From assembly GCA_965215195.1 (NCBI GenBank), contig CBDCDC010000002.1, forward strand, positions 800,001 through 864,000: 64,000 nt of DNA, read 5' to 3'. The notes below the pieces were generated by a model. The model had not been told where the DNA came from. It did not search any database and saw nothing but the letters and a program-made list of their open reading frames with translations. The stretch is from Candidatus Latescibacterota bacterium. GTDB lineage: Bacteria; Latescibacterota; UBA2968; UBA8231. Shown here one piece after another: positions 47,316 to 57,700 of the stretch. Numbering within the stretch: position 1 is the stretch's first letter; every line of letters begins with the position of its first letter. The position numbers and the translations under genes were made by a program.

Positions 47316-48530
47316 TTAAGACGCCAGCCGCAAACACTCGCTGTAGCGAGCGAAGCACTCCCCCTCCGCCTCTTGTGGATCGACGTACTTGAGCCAAAGG
47401 GCACTGTCCTTCTTGTCGCCGCTGAGCTCGCGGCGGCTGCCCAGATGGCTCGGATCGACGCCGTTCCACACCACTTGGCCGTCCTGTAGGTAGATGAACT
47501 GCCCGCCATAGCGGCCGATCAATTGATCCTGTTGATCTTGGTAGATCAGCCCCTGTTCGCAGGTGGTGCGCCGCCAATTGGCCACTGTGGCGTCTGAGTC
47601 CGTAGATACCGAGTCAAATTCGGCCAGCGGAGCCGCGACCTCGCTGGCAAAGTCGATCTCGTGCAAATCCACCGTGCCAAAGCCGCGCTCGGCGGCGATC
47701 AGTAGGTGGTTGCGGTCGCGGCGGAAAGGCGGGGTCGGCCAATCGGCTTGGGGATCGTGGCCCATCAAGGTCATGCCGCAGGCATCGGTCGCCACTACGT
47801 GATCGCCGGCCATCAAGGCATTGCAAATCCGGCCCTCGCCGCCCCATTCGCGGCCCCATTGGCCGGTGAGGGCCTCGACGATGTTGAGGCAGGGCTTGGT
47901 AATCAGGCCCAAGTCCGGCAGGACGTAGGAAAGCCGGATTATGTGGTGGTAATACGACCGCGTCCGCCCTTCCGGCGGGATCATCGGCGGCAGGCCAAAG
48001 AGGTTTTTCAGGGTCAAGGTAATGCCCATAAAGGCGTGATTCTTCATCTTGGCGATGGAGACCACCTCATCGGCCTCGGCAACAACCGCGTTGAGCACGT
48101 AGTGATCGAACATGCAGCCGCCACCGGGCACGGCCAAGGTAGTAAAGGGCGGCAAATTGCCATCGACAAAGCGGACGCCAAACTCGTCTAGCAAGTAGCG
48201 GTAGTTAAAATCGTCCGGGGTCACATAGCCATTGCCGTAGGGATAGGTATCTACGGCCACGAGCTCAGCCGTCGTCCGCTCCCGCAGCAGGCGCAACACC
48301 GCACGGGCCACCGCGTCATCGACCAACTCCCGGCGACGACCCGCAAAATACTCAATGCGCTGCGGCGGCTTAATCATGTTGAACTTCAGCGCAATCCGCC
48401 GCGCCTTGGCCAACTTCTCCCACGAGCGTTTTAGCGGTTCGGTAGTGCGCTTGAGCACTTGATATATTTCCTCGTCGCTCGCCCGATGGTCGCAATGCGA
48501 AGCTCTGACTTTGTACTGTTTGTCGCTCAT
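47316..48530 (-). CDS. DUF362-domain protein with C-terminal extension
   Basis: LKFN, AKMKNH---ITLTLKNLFG, DHVVATDA. Confidence 0.85.
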   Translation of the reverse strand: MSDKQYKVRASHCDHRASDEEIYQVLKRTTEPLKRSWEKLAKARRIALKFNMIKPPQRIEYFAGRRRELVDDAVARAVLRLLRERTTAELVAVDTYPYGNGYVTPDDFNYRYLLDEFGVRFVDGNLPPFTTLAVPGGGCMFDHYVLNAVVAEADEVVSIAKMKNHAFMGITLTLKNLFGLPPMIPPEGRTRSYYHHIIRLSYVLPDLGLITKPCLNIVEALTGQWGREWGGEGRICNALMAGDHVVATDACGMTLMGHDPQADWPTPPFRRDRNHLLIAAERGFGTVDLHEIDFASEVAAPLAEFDSVSTDSDATVANWRRTTCEQGLIYQDQQDQLIGRYGGQFIYLQDGQVVWNGVDPSHLGSRRELSGDKKDSALWLKYVDPQEAEGECFARYSECLRLAS

Positions 48531-48652
48531 GGAACGCTCCTTTGGGGCCTTTGCACTGTGCGTACTAGGTGGTATATTGAAAAAACATATTGTGCGACTC
48601 TTCCCTGTCAAGCGAACCGTCCCTCCCCCTCATCCACAGCAAAGGGCATCCC

Positions 48653-49480
48653 ATGAGACCGCTGGTCCTGTTCCACGCAGGCTGCAACGACGGCTTCTGT
48701 GCCGCGTGGATCTACCGCCGCTATGTCAACCCGCATGCCGAGTTTAAGGCGGTTCAGTACAACACCGACCCGCCGGCTACGGCCGGCCGCGACGTCGTCA
48801 TCCTCGACTTCAGCTACGAGCGGACGCAGCTCATGGAGATGCACGACCACGCCCGCTCGCTCTTGGTTTTGGACCACCACGAGACGGCCGCACATGCCTT
48901 AGCCGGCCTCCCCTACTGCGTATTCGCCGAAGACAAGTCTGGGGCGCGCATGACTTGGGAATACTTTTTCGACCCCCGCTCTCAGGTCCGTGCCGACGAC
49001 GTTCCCTGGCTGGTGGCCTATACCGAAGACCGCGACCTGTGGCGGTGGGCCTTGCCCGATTCCAAGGCCGTCAACGCCGCCCTCGCCTCGTACTCACGCG
49101 ACTTTGCCGTGTGGGACAAAATCGCCGAAAAAGGGCCGCAAGCTCTCGCCGTGGAAGGCCAAGCTATCCTCCGCTTCCAACACCGGCTCATCCGGCCGCG
49201 CGTCCGCTATCACGGTTGGACCACCATTAGCGGGTTTCGCGTACCCATTACCAATGCCACGTTTTTCGCTTCTGAAATCGGCAATGCCCTCGCCGAAGGG
49301 CATCCTTTTTCCGCGGTGTTCTTCGTCCGCCCGGACAGCAAGGTCGTGTACAATCTGCGTTCCAAAGGGGATGCGGCCGCAGATGTGGGTCGCATAGCGC
49401 GCACTTACGGCGGCGGCGGGCACAAACACGCGGCCGCTTTTACCCTAGAGACCATGTTGCCGATGGAAGCTGGTGCATAA
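48653..49480 (+). CDS. DHH/DHHA1 phosphoesterase
   Basis: H-GCNDG, ILDFS, LDHH, EDRDLW, GGGGHKHAA. Confidence 0.9.
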   Translation: MRPLVLFHAGCNDGFCAAWIYRRYVNPHAEFKAVQYNTDPPATAGRDVVILDFSYERTQLMEMHDHARSLLVLDHHETAAHALAGLPYCVFAEDKSGARMTWEYFFDPRSQVRADDVPWLVAYTEDRDLWRWALPDSKAVNAALASYSRDFAVWDKIAEKGPQALAVEGQAILRFQHRLIRPRVRYHGWTTISGFRVPITNATFFASEIGNALAEGHPFSAVFFVRPDSKVVYNLRSKGDAAADVGRIARTYGGGGHKHAAAFTLETMLPMEAGA

Positions 49481-50281
49481 ATGACCCCGGAACAGCGCTA
49501 TCTATTCGACATCAACGGCTATTTGCATCTCCCCGACGTGCTCAGCGATGGCGAACTAGCGGCCGCCCGAGCAGCCATAGCTCGCTATATGGCCACGCCC
49601 GACCACGAGCTGCCCGAGGGCTTTTCCCGCTCGGACGACGGCAAGTCCTACGCCAACGGCTTTGCTTTCGACAAGGTGCTCGAATCCCTGATCTTCCACC
49701 CGACCCTGTGGCCCATCATCAAAGAATTCACCCACGACCGGCCCGCTTTTAGCCGGGGAACCCTGTTGGTAGATAGCCATCGGCACGAGCCGCTGCGTCT
49801 GCACTGTGCCCGCGAGGACTTTGGCTGGCAAAGCACGCGCTACGACACCCGCGAGGACCGCATCTTCTGCGACGACTTCGTCATCTTCCCCTATTTTGAC
49901 GACGTCTTCCCGGGCGACGGCGGCTTGTTGGTGGTCCCAGGCTCGCACAAAGCGGCGTTTGCGCGACCGCCCAGCCTATTCAACGGCGGCGTCACCGCCC
50001 AGCTAAAGGATTTGCCCGTTGGGGTTGTCAATGTGACGCCGCGAGCCGGAGACGCCGTGGTAATGACGGAAATGCTGGCCCACGGAACGTTGCAATGGAA
50101 GCCCAAGGACCGCCTGCGCCGCACCCTAGTGTTGCGCTACCGACCCCAATTCAAGGGGCAAGCCGCGGTCCCAGAAGTCCTCTGCGATCGCTTGTCGCCG
50201 CAAACTATAGAGCTGATGGCCCCAGCTCACTACACCCATGTCAAGGAAGTCGTCAAGGAGGACGTGGTGCGGCTCACTTAA
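49481..50281 (+). CDS. Phytanoyl-CoA dioxygenase (PhyH) family protein
   Basis: FDINGYL, GGLLVVPGSHK, AGD-----LAHG, RR--L-Y. Confidence 0.88.
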   Translation: MTPEQRYLFDINGYLHLPDVLSDGELAAARAAIARYMATPDHELPEGFSRSDDGKSYANGFAFDKVLESLIFHPTLWPIIKEFTHDRPAFSRGTLLVDSHRHEPLRLHCAREDFGWQSTRYDTREDRIFCDDFVIFPYFDDVFPGDGGLLVVPGSHKAAFARPPSLFNGGVTAQLKDLPVGVVNVTPRAGDAVVMTEMLAHGTLQWKPKDRLRRTLVLRYRPQFKGQAAVPEVLCDRLSPQTIELMAPAHYTHVKEVVKEDVVRLT

Positions 50282-50304
50282 ATCGAAATGCTGCAAAGCC
50301 AACC

Positions 50305-50342
50305 AAAACAGGCACCTGCGATGAGCGCAAGTGCCTGTTTTT
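50305..50342. terminator. Bidirectional terminator between the PhyH gene and tRNA-Lys
   Basis: AAAACAGGCAC...GTGCCTGTTTT. Confidence 0.8.
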
Positions 50343-50418
50343 TGGTGAGCCCACTGGGAATCGAACCCAGGACCTACGGATTAAAAGTCCGGTGCTCTAC
50401 CAGCTGAGCTATAGGCTC
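50343..50418 (-). tRNA. tRNA-Lys (anticodon UUU)
   Basis: 76 nt: GAGCCTA acceptor, AGCTCAG-TGGTAGAGC D-arm, CTTTTAA loop, GGTTCGATTCC T-arm, encoded CCA. Confidence 0.97.
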
Positions 50419-50509
50419 TATCAGGGTTGTATTAAAAAAAAATACGCGGTTTGCGCATCCATTGCAAGGCTTCTACTGGAGACCGCGGCCTAGCGATCTG
50501 CCAATAAAC

Positions 50510-52780
50510 TCAGTAGGCCAAAGCGATGATTTTGGTCGTCCCCTGCGTCTGCGCATCGCCTTGCACTTCAACGCGTAAAATGTAGTTCCCCGGCGCGGCT
50601 AGCTGCCCGGATTCGGCCCGGCCATCCCAACTCAACGCTATCGGCCCGGCTATTTGCTGCTGGTCGTGCAGCACTCGGACTTTTCGTCCGCTCAGGTCGT
50701 AGAGTGCCACATGCAGCAAGCGGGGCTGGAGGACGTTCAACAGGGCGAACTCTATCCGCAGCCAATCGCCGATACCATCCCCGTTGGGGGTCACGAGTGC
50801 GGCCGACAACGCAAGCCCGTCGATCAAGGCCGGGCCGACTGGCAGCGACACGGCGATCGCGTCGCTGGCAACCGCGTCGCTGGCATCGCCCACATCCACC
50901 CGTTGCCTTATCTGTTGCTCTCCCCGGCCACTGGCCAAGAACGCCTCGAAAGGCATCTGTTGGCGGTATATCGTGCTGGCGAAGTCGAGCTCGATTAACC
51001 CGGCGCGGACGAATGGGTCGGCAAAGGCGATATCCAACCCACCATCCACTCGGATGACCTCCGCGTCCAATACCCGCCCCGCAGCGCGTATCTCGCCCAG
51101 CTCAATGTCTGCTCCTGAACGCATGAGCAACTGATCGAAACCCGTGCTGCCGGCCCCTGCATCCCAACCAAGATAATAGGTGAACTCGGTGCGCTGCCCT
51201 GGTTGGGCCTCGAGCGGGTCGATCTCGGCGCGCGTTGCCGCGGCCAAAGGCTCGTCGTAGCTGAGGACCAGCTCGTCGAGGATCGCTCCCTGCATGGGGT
51301 CGTCGCTGAGGAAATGGGCCTGCAATTGGACGAAACGCCGCGGCGTCGGCGAGAGAAACCCCCGCTCCGACCGCTCGTACGCTTGGCTCCAGATGCTCCA
51401 GTCCTCGCCGGGGGAACGCACGGTATCGATGCGGCCTTTGAAACTGGGTATGAGCTTGTTGTACTTCCTTTGGGTTACTTCCCTGCCGTTTTTGTCGTGG
51501 AAGACGTATAATTCCTGCAATAGATTGCCCGTCCGCGAGCGAATTTCTACGCGAGTCCCTTCCCAACTCAACGCCGTGGCATTGCGCACCGCCCCCAGAT
51601 CGTAGATCGGGGATTGCATGATGGTGCCGGCCGGATACCCCTCGCCAAAGACCTGAAATTCGGCTGTCGTGCCGGTGATGCAACACTGCCTGTTCGGATA
51701 GCGCATCCGCAGATAGCGCAGCGGCCGGAGCGAGAACTGCTCTTCAAAGTGGACGATATCGCGCAAGTTGCGGGGGTGTTCGGGCAATTCCCCCAAGACC
51801 TGCCAGCGCAGCGACCCGTCCGGTGCCAGCGATCCGTCCGACCCCCAGAGGATATACCAAGGGAAGTGGATGGCGTTGCGCCGGGTCCAGCGCCAGTCAA
51901 CGCTGCTCGGGGCGATGCCGGCCAGATCGCCCAAAATCCGCACCCGATCCACCCAGTACAGGGCCCCCAAATCAAAGGTGAATTCGGTGTCGCCCGGTTG
52001 GGAAAACCCCCAGTAGCGCCAACTCGACGCGATATCGCCGTCGATCAGGGCATTGCTATTGCCGGTTGACTCGTAGCCTTCGGCCCGCGTACCGATTTCG
52101 TTGAGGATATCGACCCGGCCGCCGCGTTCCCGCATCCCCAGCGAGATATTGTCCCCCACGGCCTCCACTGCAAGTGCGCTGATCCCGGCCCCGGCCGTGG
52201 GCAAATCTACTTGGATGCGGATGAATTGCAGCGGTTTAAGGCCGTATTCGATGACCAATTCCCGCTGCTGGTTAAAGCTGTAGCGGACGCGATCGCTATA
52301 GCGCACAGTACTCGGCAGGGGCAGGCCGGTCGAATCAAAAAAGCGCTCGCCATTGGACAGCAAGACCTGCAAAAACTCCAGCTGCGGCTCCCTGAGTTGC
52401 AAGACCACGCGCTGCGCGGAAACGACGCGGCCCAGATCGACCTCAACGTACATGTTCTCGGGATCGTCGTCCCAATCGGGTGCCCAGAAGCTGCCCAAGT
52501 TCCCATCGATCAGGTTGCCGGCAGCACCGCGGTTGGAGCCTGCGGCGCGGATGCCGCCGCCGAAATCCCCCGCATTGGCGACCGCGTCGATATCTCGCCG
52601 CACGAATCTGGGACCGGCTTTCCCACGGCTGATTTCGATTGCGTCGCCGGGCCGCTGCCACGCATTCCAATCCGCGCTGGTCCCGATCCGCAGTTTTTCG
52701 CCTGCCGCGGCTGAATATGCCATGCCGCAGAGCAGCACGGCCCAAAGGGCAGATCCCAACTGGCGTTGACTTTTCATCAC
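50510..52780 (-). CDS. Secreted beta-rich protein with discoidin-like regions and C-terminal FlgD-Ig domain
   Basis: Signal peptide; 'LIDG----W', 'DLG'; TPNGDG and 'YDLSGRKVR...WDGR--SG----PG-Y'. Confidence 0.85.
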   Translation of the reverse strand: MMKSQRQLGSALWAVLLCGMAYSAAAGEKLRIGTSADWNAWQRPGDAIEISRGKAGPRFVRRDIDAVANAGDFGGGIRAAGSNRGAAGNLIDGNLGSFWAPDWDDDPENMYVEVDLGRVVSAQRVVLQLREPQLEFLQVLLSNGERFFDSTGLPLPSTVRYSDRVRYSFNQQRELVIEYGLKPLQFIRIQVDLPTAGAGISALAVEAVGDNISLGMRERGGRVDILNEIGTRAEGYESTGNSNALIDGDIASSWRYWGFSQPGDTEFTFDLGALYWVDRVRILGDLAGIAPSSVDWRWTRRNAIHFPWYILWGSDGSLAPDGSLRWQVLGELPEHPRNLRDIVHFEEQFSLRPLRYLRMRYPNRQCCITGTTAEFQVFGEGYPAGTIMQSPIYDLGAVRNATALSWEGTRVEIRSRTGNLLQELYVFHDKNGREVTQRKYNKLIPSFKGRIDTVRSPGEDWSIWSQAYERSERGFLSPTPRRFVQLQAHFLSDDPMQGAILDELVLSYDEPLAAATRAEIDPLEAQPGQRTEFTYYLGWDAGAGSTGFDQLLMRSGADIELGEIRAAGRVLDAEVIRVDGGLDIAFADPFVRAGLIELDFASTIYRQQMPFEAFLASGRGEQQIRQRVDVGDASDAVASDAIAVSLPVGPALIDGLALSAALVTPNGDGIGDWLRIEFALLNVLQPRLLHVALYDLSGRKVRVLHDQQQIAGPIALSWDGRAESGQLAAPGNYILRVEVQGDAQTQGTTKIIALAY

Positions 52781-55700
52781 GACGAGAGCTTAACGGAACG
52801 CGGCCTAGTCTTGCCCTCGCAAAAGTACAGGGCCTTGAATCGGTCCATTTGTTTGATTTTGTCGATCAATACTCGTTCCTGCTGCGAGCTCGACACATTC
52901 CGTACAAGCGACTTGGCATCCGCTTGGGTCAATCGCAAAACGAGATAGTTGGCGATGGCCGAAAATACCGAGACGTCGAAGTCCTTCGCCTCCTGCGAGG
53001 CAAGCACTAGCGAAATACCGTACTTCCGGCACTCTTTTGCCATGGTGGGAATGAGCTTTAACCCTGCGGCCCGGTGCGCCTCATCGAAAATCAAGGTGTG
53101 CGTAATTCGATCTTGGATGCCTCTGCGGAACATGTCCTTGTAGAGACCGTAAAACACCAACGACGCAAAAGCCCGCTGAAGGTTGTCATTCTGAGTCGTG
53201 TGAATCCGCATGACGGTCGGCTGCTCGCTCTCCCACAAGCTGCTGTGGGACTCGCGGAGATTGAAGAACCCGTAGTCTTCAAGTTCTTCCAACCGCGCAA
53301 GCAGCGTCCGCAACCCGCGGTCTGGTTTTGGATCGCCGCGCAGAATCTCGACGAAGCGATTGAACGGCGGTTCCTGCAAATCCGCGGCCGCCGCGTTGGC
53401 GTTTCCCCAGCCCAGCTCAACGAAGCTGTCCTTAATGGCTCCCCGAATGCGCTCGGCCTGAATGTCGCCGAGTTCCGGGTAGATCGCCGCGAAAATATCC
53501 CGCATCGCACCCGCCACGTCGAGATGCGCCATCCGAGATCCTCGATCAACCACCTCCAGCGGGTTGAAGCCCAAACCATCAAAATCGATGAACCGAACCG
53601 CCGACTGCCCAAGTCGCTCGTCAATGTCCTGATGATAGGAAAAGACGATCGGGCGAATACCGGCTGCCATCATCTGATTGCACAGGTTCAGCAGGCAGGT
53701 AGTCTTGCCCATACCGGGCAGCCCCGCTATCAGAAGGTGGGGGTTGCCCTGTACGGTCAGCGGCCATCGAACTTCTTCGTTGGTCGAGGGATCGGTGCCG
53801 AAACAGATCGAGGGTACAGCTTCCGTTTCTCCCCCGATGGCTTCTAGCTGGTCAACGGATATTGCTGGTGCCCCCCTTGCGGCGTCCTGCTTCGACGACA
53901 GCCGATCCTCCGCTTCAGGGGGGCTGGTGGTCATTTCACCGCGAAAATCCAAGTCCGGCAGCAGGTTAGGACCGCATAGGAATACCTGCGTACTCCGATT
54001 GTCCGGAGAAATTTTCAACGGACTCGCCCCGGCATACTCGGGGCAAAACACCCAGCCGCGGTCTCCGCTTTCGTCTGCGTCCAGCCTGTAGTCGCCGCCC
54101 TTTGCGATCATGCGGTCAAGATCGGCCACAAGCTCGGCATACCGCGCCGCCGGTAAATAGTGCCTACGCGCCTTGTCTGCATAGAAGCGCAGTACCCGGG
54201 CCAGCTTGGCCCGACGCACCGCTCTGAACGCTGAGCACACTTCATGTGCATACCAGTCGTTCCAACGCTTGCGCAGCACAGCGGTCTGTTCCCGAATGCG
54301 GCGCAAAAGGTCCGGGGACCTTGCAGCGCGTAGATCCCGACGGTACTTGACCTCGACGAAACGGAACATCAGTCCCTTTCTCGGTGCCGTGGTCACATAC
54401 ATCAAGTCCGGGCGCACCTCCTTCTCATCGCCGTCCTCGTCCATCAACGGCGGCAAGAGATCTCGAACATCATCGACGGGCACGATGAAACCGCGCTCCA
54501 GCGATACCCAGCATGGATCCGTCTCCTGCGCCTGCTGGCAATTGGCCTGCGAAACGGCGAGCGCGATCAACTCCGAAGTCGGCGGTTTGTCTCCAGTGAG
54601 GCGAATGGCGAGCCGGCCGCTGAGGGCCTTCAGATGCTCCAAGAGGAATTCCGCGTTGCGACGGCTGCGGCTGAGCCCCATCTGCTCCAAGGCACCATCA
54701 AGCAGGACGCGTACCTCCTCCAAATTGCTAGTAGAGGTAATTAGCTGTAAGCAGCCTAAGTCCTCCCGTTCTGGAACGCAGTCAATCACGTACGCATCGT
54801 AGATTGCCCGATTGTCCCGCGGGGAATCGAAGTACTCAATGCCGGCGTTCCGGTCCAGCGTGATAACCCAATCGCAAAGCCGGTGGAGCTTCTTGAGACC
54901 ATCCTCCTTTTCCCGCGAGACCGCTGTGTACAGCACTGGCAGCTTTCCATTCTCAGCACCAGCATGTCGCGCCACAGTGCCCTGTATGGCGCGTTGCAAG
55001 TCCTCCAAGCGTTTAGTATGGGCGCGGTCCGCCGGATGCCTTTCGCCATCTTTCGCCAGCGCGACCGTACTGCGCCATAGCGGCGAGGGCTTGGCGGCGA
55101 AGTCGCGCTGGTAGAACGAAAGCAGGCCAAACGCATGGAACGTCCCGTCGTTTGGCCTTTCTCGCTCGTCCGGCCTTACCTGCGACTCGAATGTGTCAAA
55201 CGCGACGGCAACGTGGGCTGCGGTCTTCGGGTCAAGCCCATTCTTGCGTGCCCAGCGCAACCTCGGCATGTTCACGCCGCCGGGCAGACTCACGGATTCG
55301 AGCATCCACTGATCGTCGGTTGACACCACCCCAGCACCACTGCGCCGCCGTTCCCGCGCCTCGGCAATGAACCGCCCGGCAATTCCGCGCTGTTCCTCAG
55401 AAGGATACATTTCCAGCGAGAAGACGGGTGCCTCGGAAGCACCCTCGTCATCGGCCCAGCGCAGGCGGTCGTGGACGAGGCCCAAAGACCGGGCAATAGT
55501 CAGACCATCTCCCGCCCGAAGGGCGTGAACGCGGAGTAGGGGGGACGTGTTGTGGCAGTCCAAGTACTTGACGATCTCGTCGCCGACCACCTCTGCGCTC
55601 TGTCCCCCTACCGTTGGGGCGGCGTCCATGGACTCACCCTCCCCCAGCGCACGGGCGAGAATCGCCACCGCCGCCTTGGGCTCCTTGTCCGTGTCCGGGA

Positions 55701-57699
55701 CCATGCCGACCGCATGAAAGCCGAGGGTATCCGCAAAGACAAACGATCCGCCGGTTCGATTCGGGAGAAAGGCCGGGAACATGGCACCGTCCAAGCACTG
55801 GAACTCGTCTCTTACGTCTTTTGCCTTTTGAGCCTGCTCGAAGGCCGCGTGGAAAACGAGATTGTCATACGCTGCATGCCATGCGACGCGCAACGGGTGC
55901 ATCGGCAGGACGATGAGGCCAATCATCCGCCCGGCAAGGGACCGCACCTCCACGGTGTTGCACAGGGCCAAAGATGGATCGCCGCTCTCCAACAATGCAG
56001 TCCAAGCGCGGAGGAACTCTTTAACCGAATCAAACGCTTTCGCCTTATCGTCATATACATGGCCCACCACCCCGCCATCCTTGTGGATGCGAGCCGCCAA
56101 TCTTCGGCTCGCCACGGTGGCTTTCTTCCATGTCTTCCCTCTACCCTCATGGCGAATGAACTCCACGTCTCCCGCTCGGGCACCGGACGCACGGACCTTG
56201 ACGCGCCAATACCCAATCGCTCCACCGCGCTCCATCCACTGCTTTTCCACGTCGCGGATCAGCGGCGGACAAGGCACGCGAAAACTCAACCGTTTTGTCT
56301 CTACGGATGTGCGCAACAGCACCAAGTTTCTCTTCTCATCAAAGCTGAAATTCGCCGAACTGTCGGCGATGGTGGACACGCTCTCCCGCTCATCGAGTTC
56401 GACCAAGCCCTCGCTAAACGCACGGACCTTGCGGCCCGCCCCGCCGGCGCTCTTTTCGGGTGGCTCGCCAAAGCGGATAATGAATTCCTCGCTCTCTTGC
56501 GGTTCGACCGCTTCGTTGCCCACCGCGGAAACCACCACTTTGGCGGAGACCAGAGAGTCCTCGTTTAGCGATGAGAAGTCGTCATTACTGAACCGGCACT
56601 TCTCCCCTCCTCTACGCGCCGAGTGACTCACGTCGCGCACGGCCAGCTCTTCGTCCGCACCGGCTACTACGGCAATGCGGTACTCCACCGCGTTCTTTTC
56701 TAAGTTGCCGGGCCGCACCTTCCAGCGGATCTCCAGATTCTTATAGTCAGCCGACGACGCAGCTTCGGGCTTCAGGATCAGAACCGGGGGTTGCTCATTC
56801 GCTTCTCCAGGGAATAGTCCAGCGGATTCCTCAACCAATCCCGACCACTTGGCGATTGCGCCGTTCCGGGTGCGCCAAGGCGTCAGTTCAATGGATTCGA
56901 TGTCATCGGCATTCTCTATCCGCAATTTACCGACCCACAGGTGCTTCTTGTCGGCCAGCGTCGCCAACGCCGACAGCAGCGGTTGGGTTTCTGCGGTATG
57001 CAGGAAAACTGCGAGATCGCGGCGTTGCTCGTCCGTCGGCTGCGAAAGCCGCAGCGACTCAATGCGCGCCGGGATGGTCTGCCCAGAAGCCGCCGTTCCC
57101 AGCAGGTGATCTACAAACCGGCGCGAGTCGTCTAAGGTACTCTCGTCTGTAATGGGCCACAGGCCGAGCAGGTGAAGATACGCGCCGGGATGCCGGTTGT
57201 GCGCCGCAATGCGGCAGAGGAAGTCGAACGCGGTCCATGGCGAAACGCTGTACTGACTGCCGAATCCCTGCGCCTTTTTGATGGCTTGCTCGGCATATTG
57301 GCGATGGGCACTCGACAATCGGCGCGTCACCTCAGCAGCAGCTCGTCGCTGAGCTTCCCTGAATAGGCTTGTCTCATCCACTTCCCGCGAGGCACTGTAG
57401 ATGCCGTCCATGCCGGCGCCGGCAAGCTGGGTATCCACCAGCAGCAAGAGGGCCTCGCCTTTGGCCTCGCGCATCTCGACAGCGCGGTCCGCGGTAATGG
57501 TCCGCAGGTTGGCATCGTCCGAATCCGCTACCTGCCGAACCTGCCAATTTTGTACGCAGAAGTTGTCGTCCGCAGCGAGCTTTGTCACCACATCTGGCGT
57601 CAGGCAGCGGGCGAAGGCCATGGCCCCGGGTTCGGCGCGGCCCAGCACCTTCTCAAACGCCCGCCCGAGTACTTGCCCATGTAGTTTGCTCCACTCCAT
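52777..57699 (-). CDS. Large nuclease-ATPase, DndH(DptH)/MAD8-like
   Basis: 'RPDL...FVEVKYR' PD-(D/E)XK motif; C-terminal HerA/FtsK ATPase GLPGMGKT, LIFDEAH, ECRKYG, ASQ. Confidence 0.8.
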   Translation of the reverse strand: MEWSKLHGQVLGRAFEKVLGRAEPGAMAFARCLTPDVVTKLAADDNFCVQNWQVRQVADSDDANLRTITADRAVEMREAKGEALLLLVDTQLAGAGMDGIYSASREVDETSLFREAQRRAAAEVTRRLSSAHRQYAEQAIKKAQGFGSQYSVSPWTAFDFLCRIAAHNRHPGAYLHLLGLWPITDESTLDDSRRFVDHLLGTAASGQTIPARIESLRLSQPTDEQRRDLAVFLHTAETQPLLSALATLADKKHLWVGKLRIENADDIESIELTPWRTRNGAIAKWSGLVEESAGLFPGEANEQPPVLILKPEAASSADYKNLEIRWKVRPGNLEKNAVEYRIAVVAGADEELAVRDVSHSARRGGEKCRFSNDDFSSLNEDSLVSAKVVVSAVGNEAVEPQESEEFIIRFGEPPEKSAGGAGRKVRAFSEGLVELDERESVSTIADSSANFSFDEKRNLVLLRTSVETKRLSFRVPCPPLIRDVEKQWMERGGAIGYWRVKVRASGARAGDVEFIRHEGRGKTWKKATVASRRLAARIHKDGGVVGHVYDDKAKAFDSVKEFLRAWTALLESGDPSLALCNTVEVRSLAGRMIGLIVLPMHPLRVAWHAAYDNLVFHAAFEQAQKAKDVRDEFQCLDGAMFPAFLPNRTGGSFVFADTLGFHAVGMVPDTDKEPKAAVAILARALGEGESMDAAPTVGGQSAEVVGDEIVKYLDCHNTSPLLRVHALRAGDGLTIARSLGLVHDRLRWADDEGASEAPVFSLEMYPSEEQRGIAGRFIAEARERRRSGAGVVSTDDQWMLESVSLPGGVNMPRLRWARKNGLDPKTAAHVAVAFDTFESQVRPDERERPNDGTFHAFGLLSFYQRDFAAKPSPLWRSTVALAKDGERHPADRAHTKRLEDLQRAIQGTVARHAGAENGKLPVLYTAVSREKEDGLKKLHRLCDWVITLDRNAGIEYFDSPRDNRAIYDAYVIDCVPEREDLGCLQLITSTSNLEEVRVLLDGALEQMGLSRSRRNAEFLLEHLKALSGRLAIRLTGDKPPTSELIALAVSQANCQQAQETDPCWVSLERGFIVPVDDVRDLLPPLMDEDGDEKEVRPDLMYVTTAPRKGLMFRFVEVKYRRDLRAARSPDLLRRIREQTAVLRKRWNDWYAHEVCSAFRAVRRAKLARVLRFYADKARRHYLPAARYAELVADLDRMIAKGGDYRLDADESGDRGWVFCPEYAGASPLKISPDNRSTQVFLCGPNLLPDLDFRGEMTTSPPEAEDRLSSKQDAARGAPAISVDQLEAIGGETEAVPSICFGTDPSTNEEVRWPLTVQGNPHLLIAGLPGMGKTTCLLNLCNQMMAAGIRPIVFSYHQDIDERLGQSAVRFIDFDGLGFNPLEVVDRGSRMAHLDVAGAMRDIFAAIYPELGDIQAERIRGAIKDSFVELGWGNANAAAADLQEPPFNRFVEILRGDPKPDRGLRTLLARLEELEDYGFFNLRESHSSLWESEQPTVMRIHTTQNDNLQRAFASLVFYGLYKDMFRRGIQDRITHTLIFDEAHRAAGLKLIPTMAKECRKYGISLVLASQEAKDFDVSVFSAIANYLVLRLTQADAKSLVRNVSSSQQERVLIDKIKQMDRFKALYFCEGKTRPRSVKLSS

Positions 57700-57700
57700 A

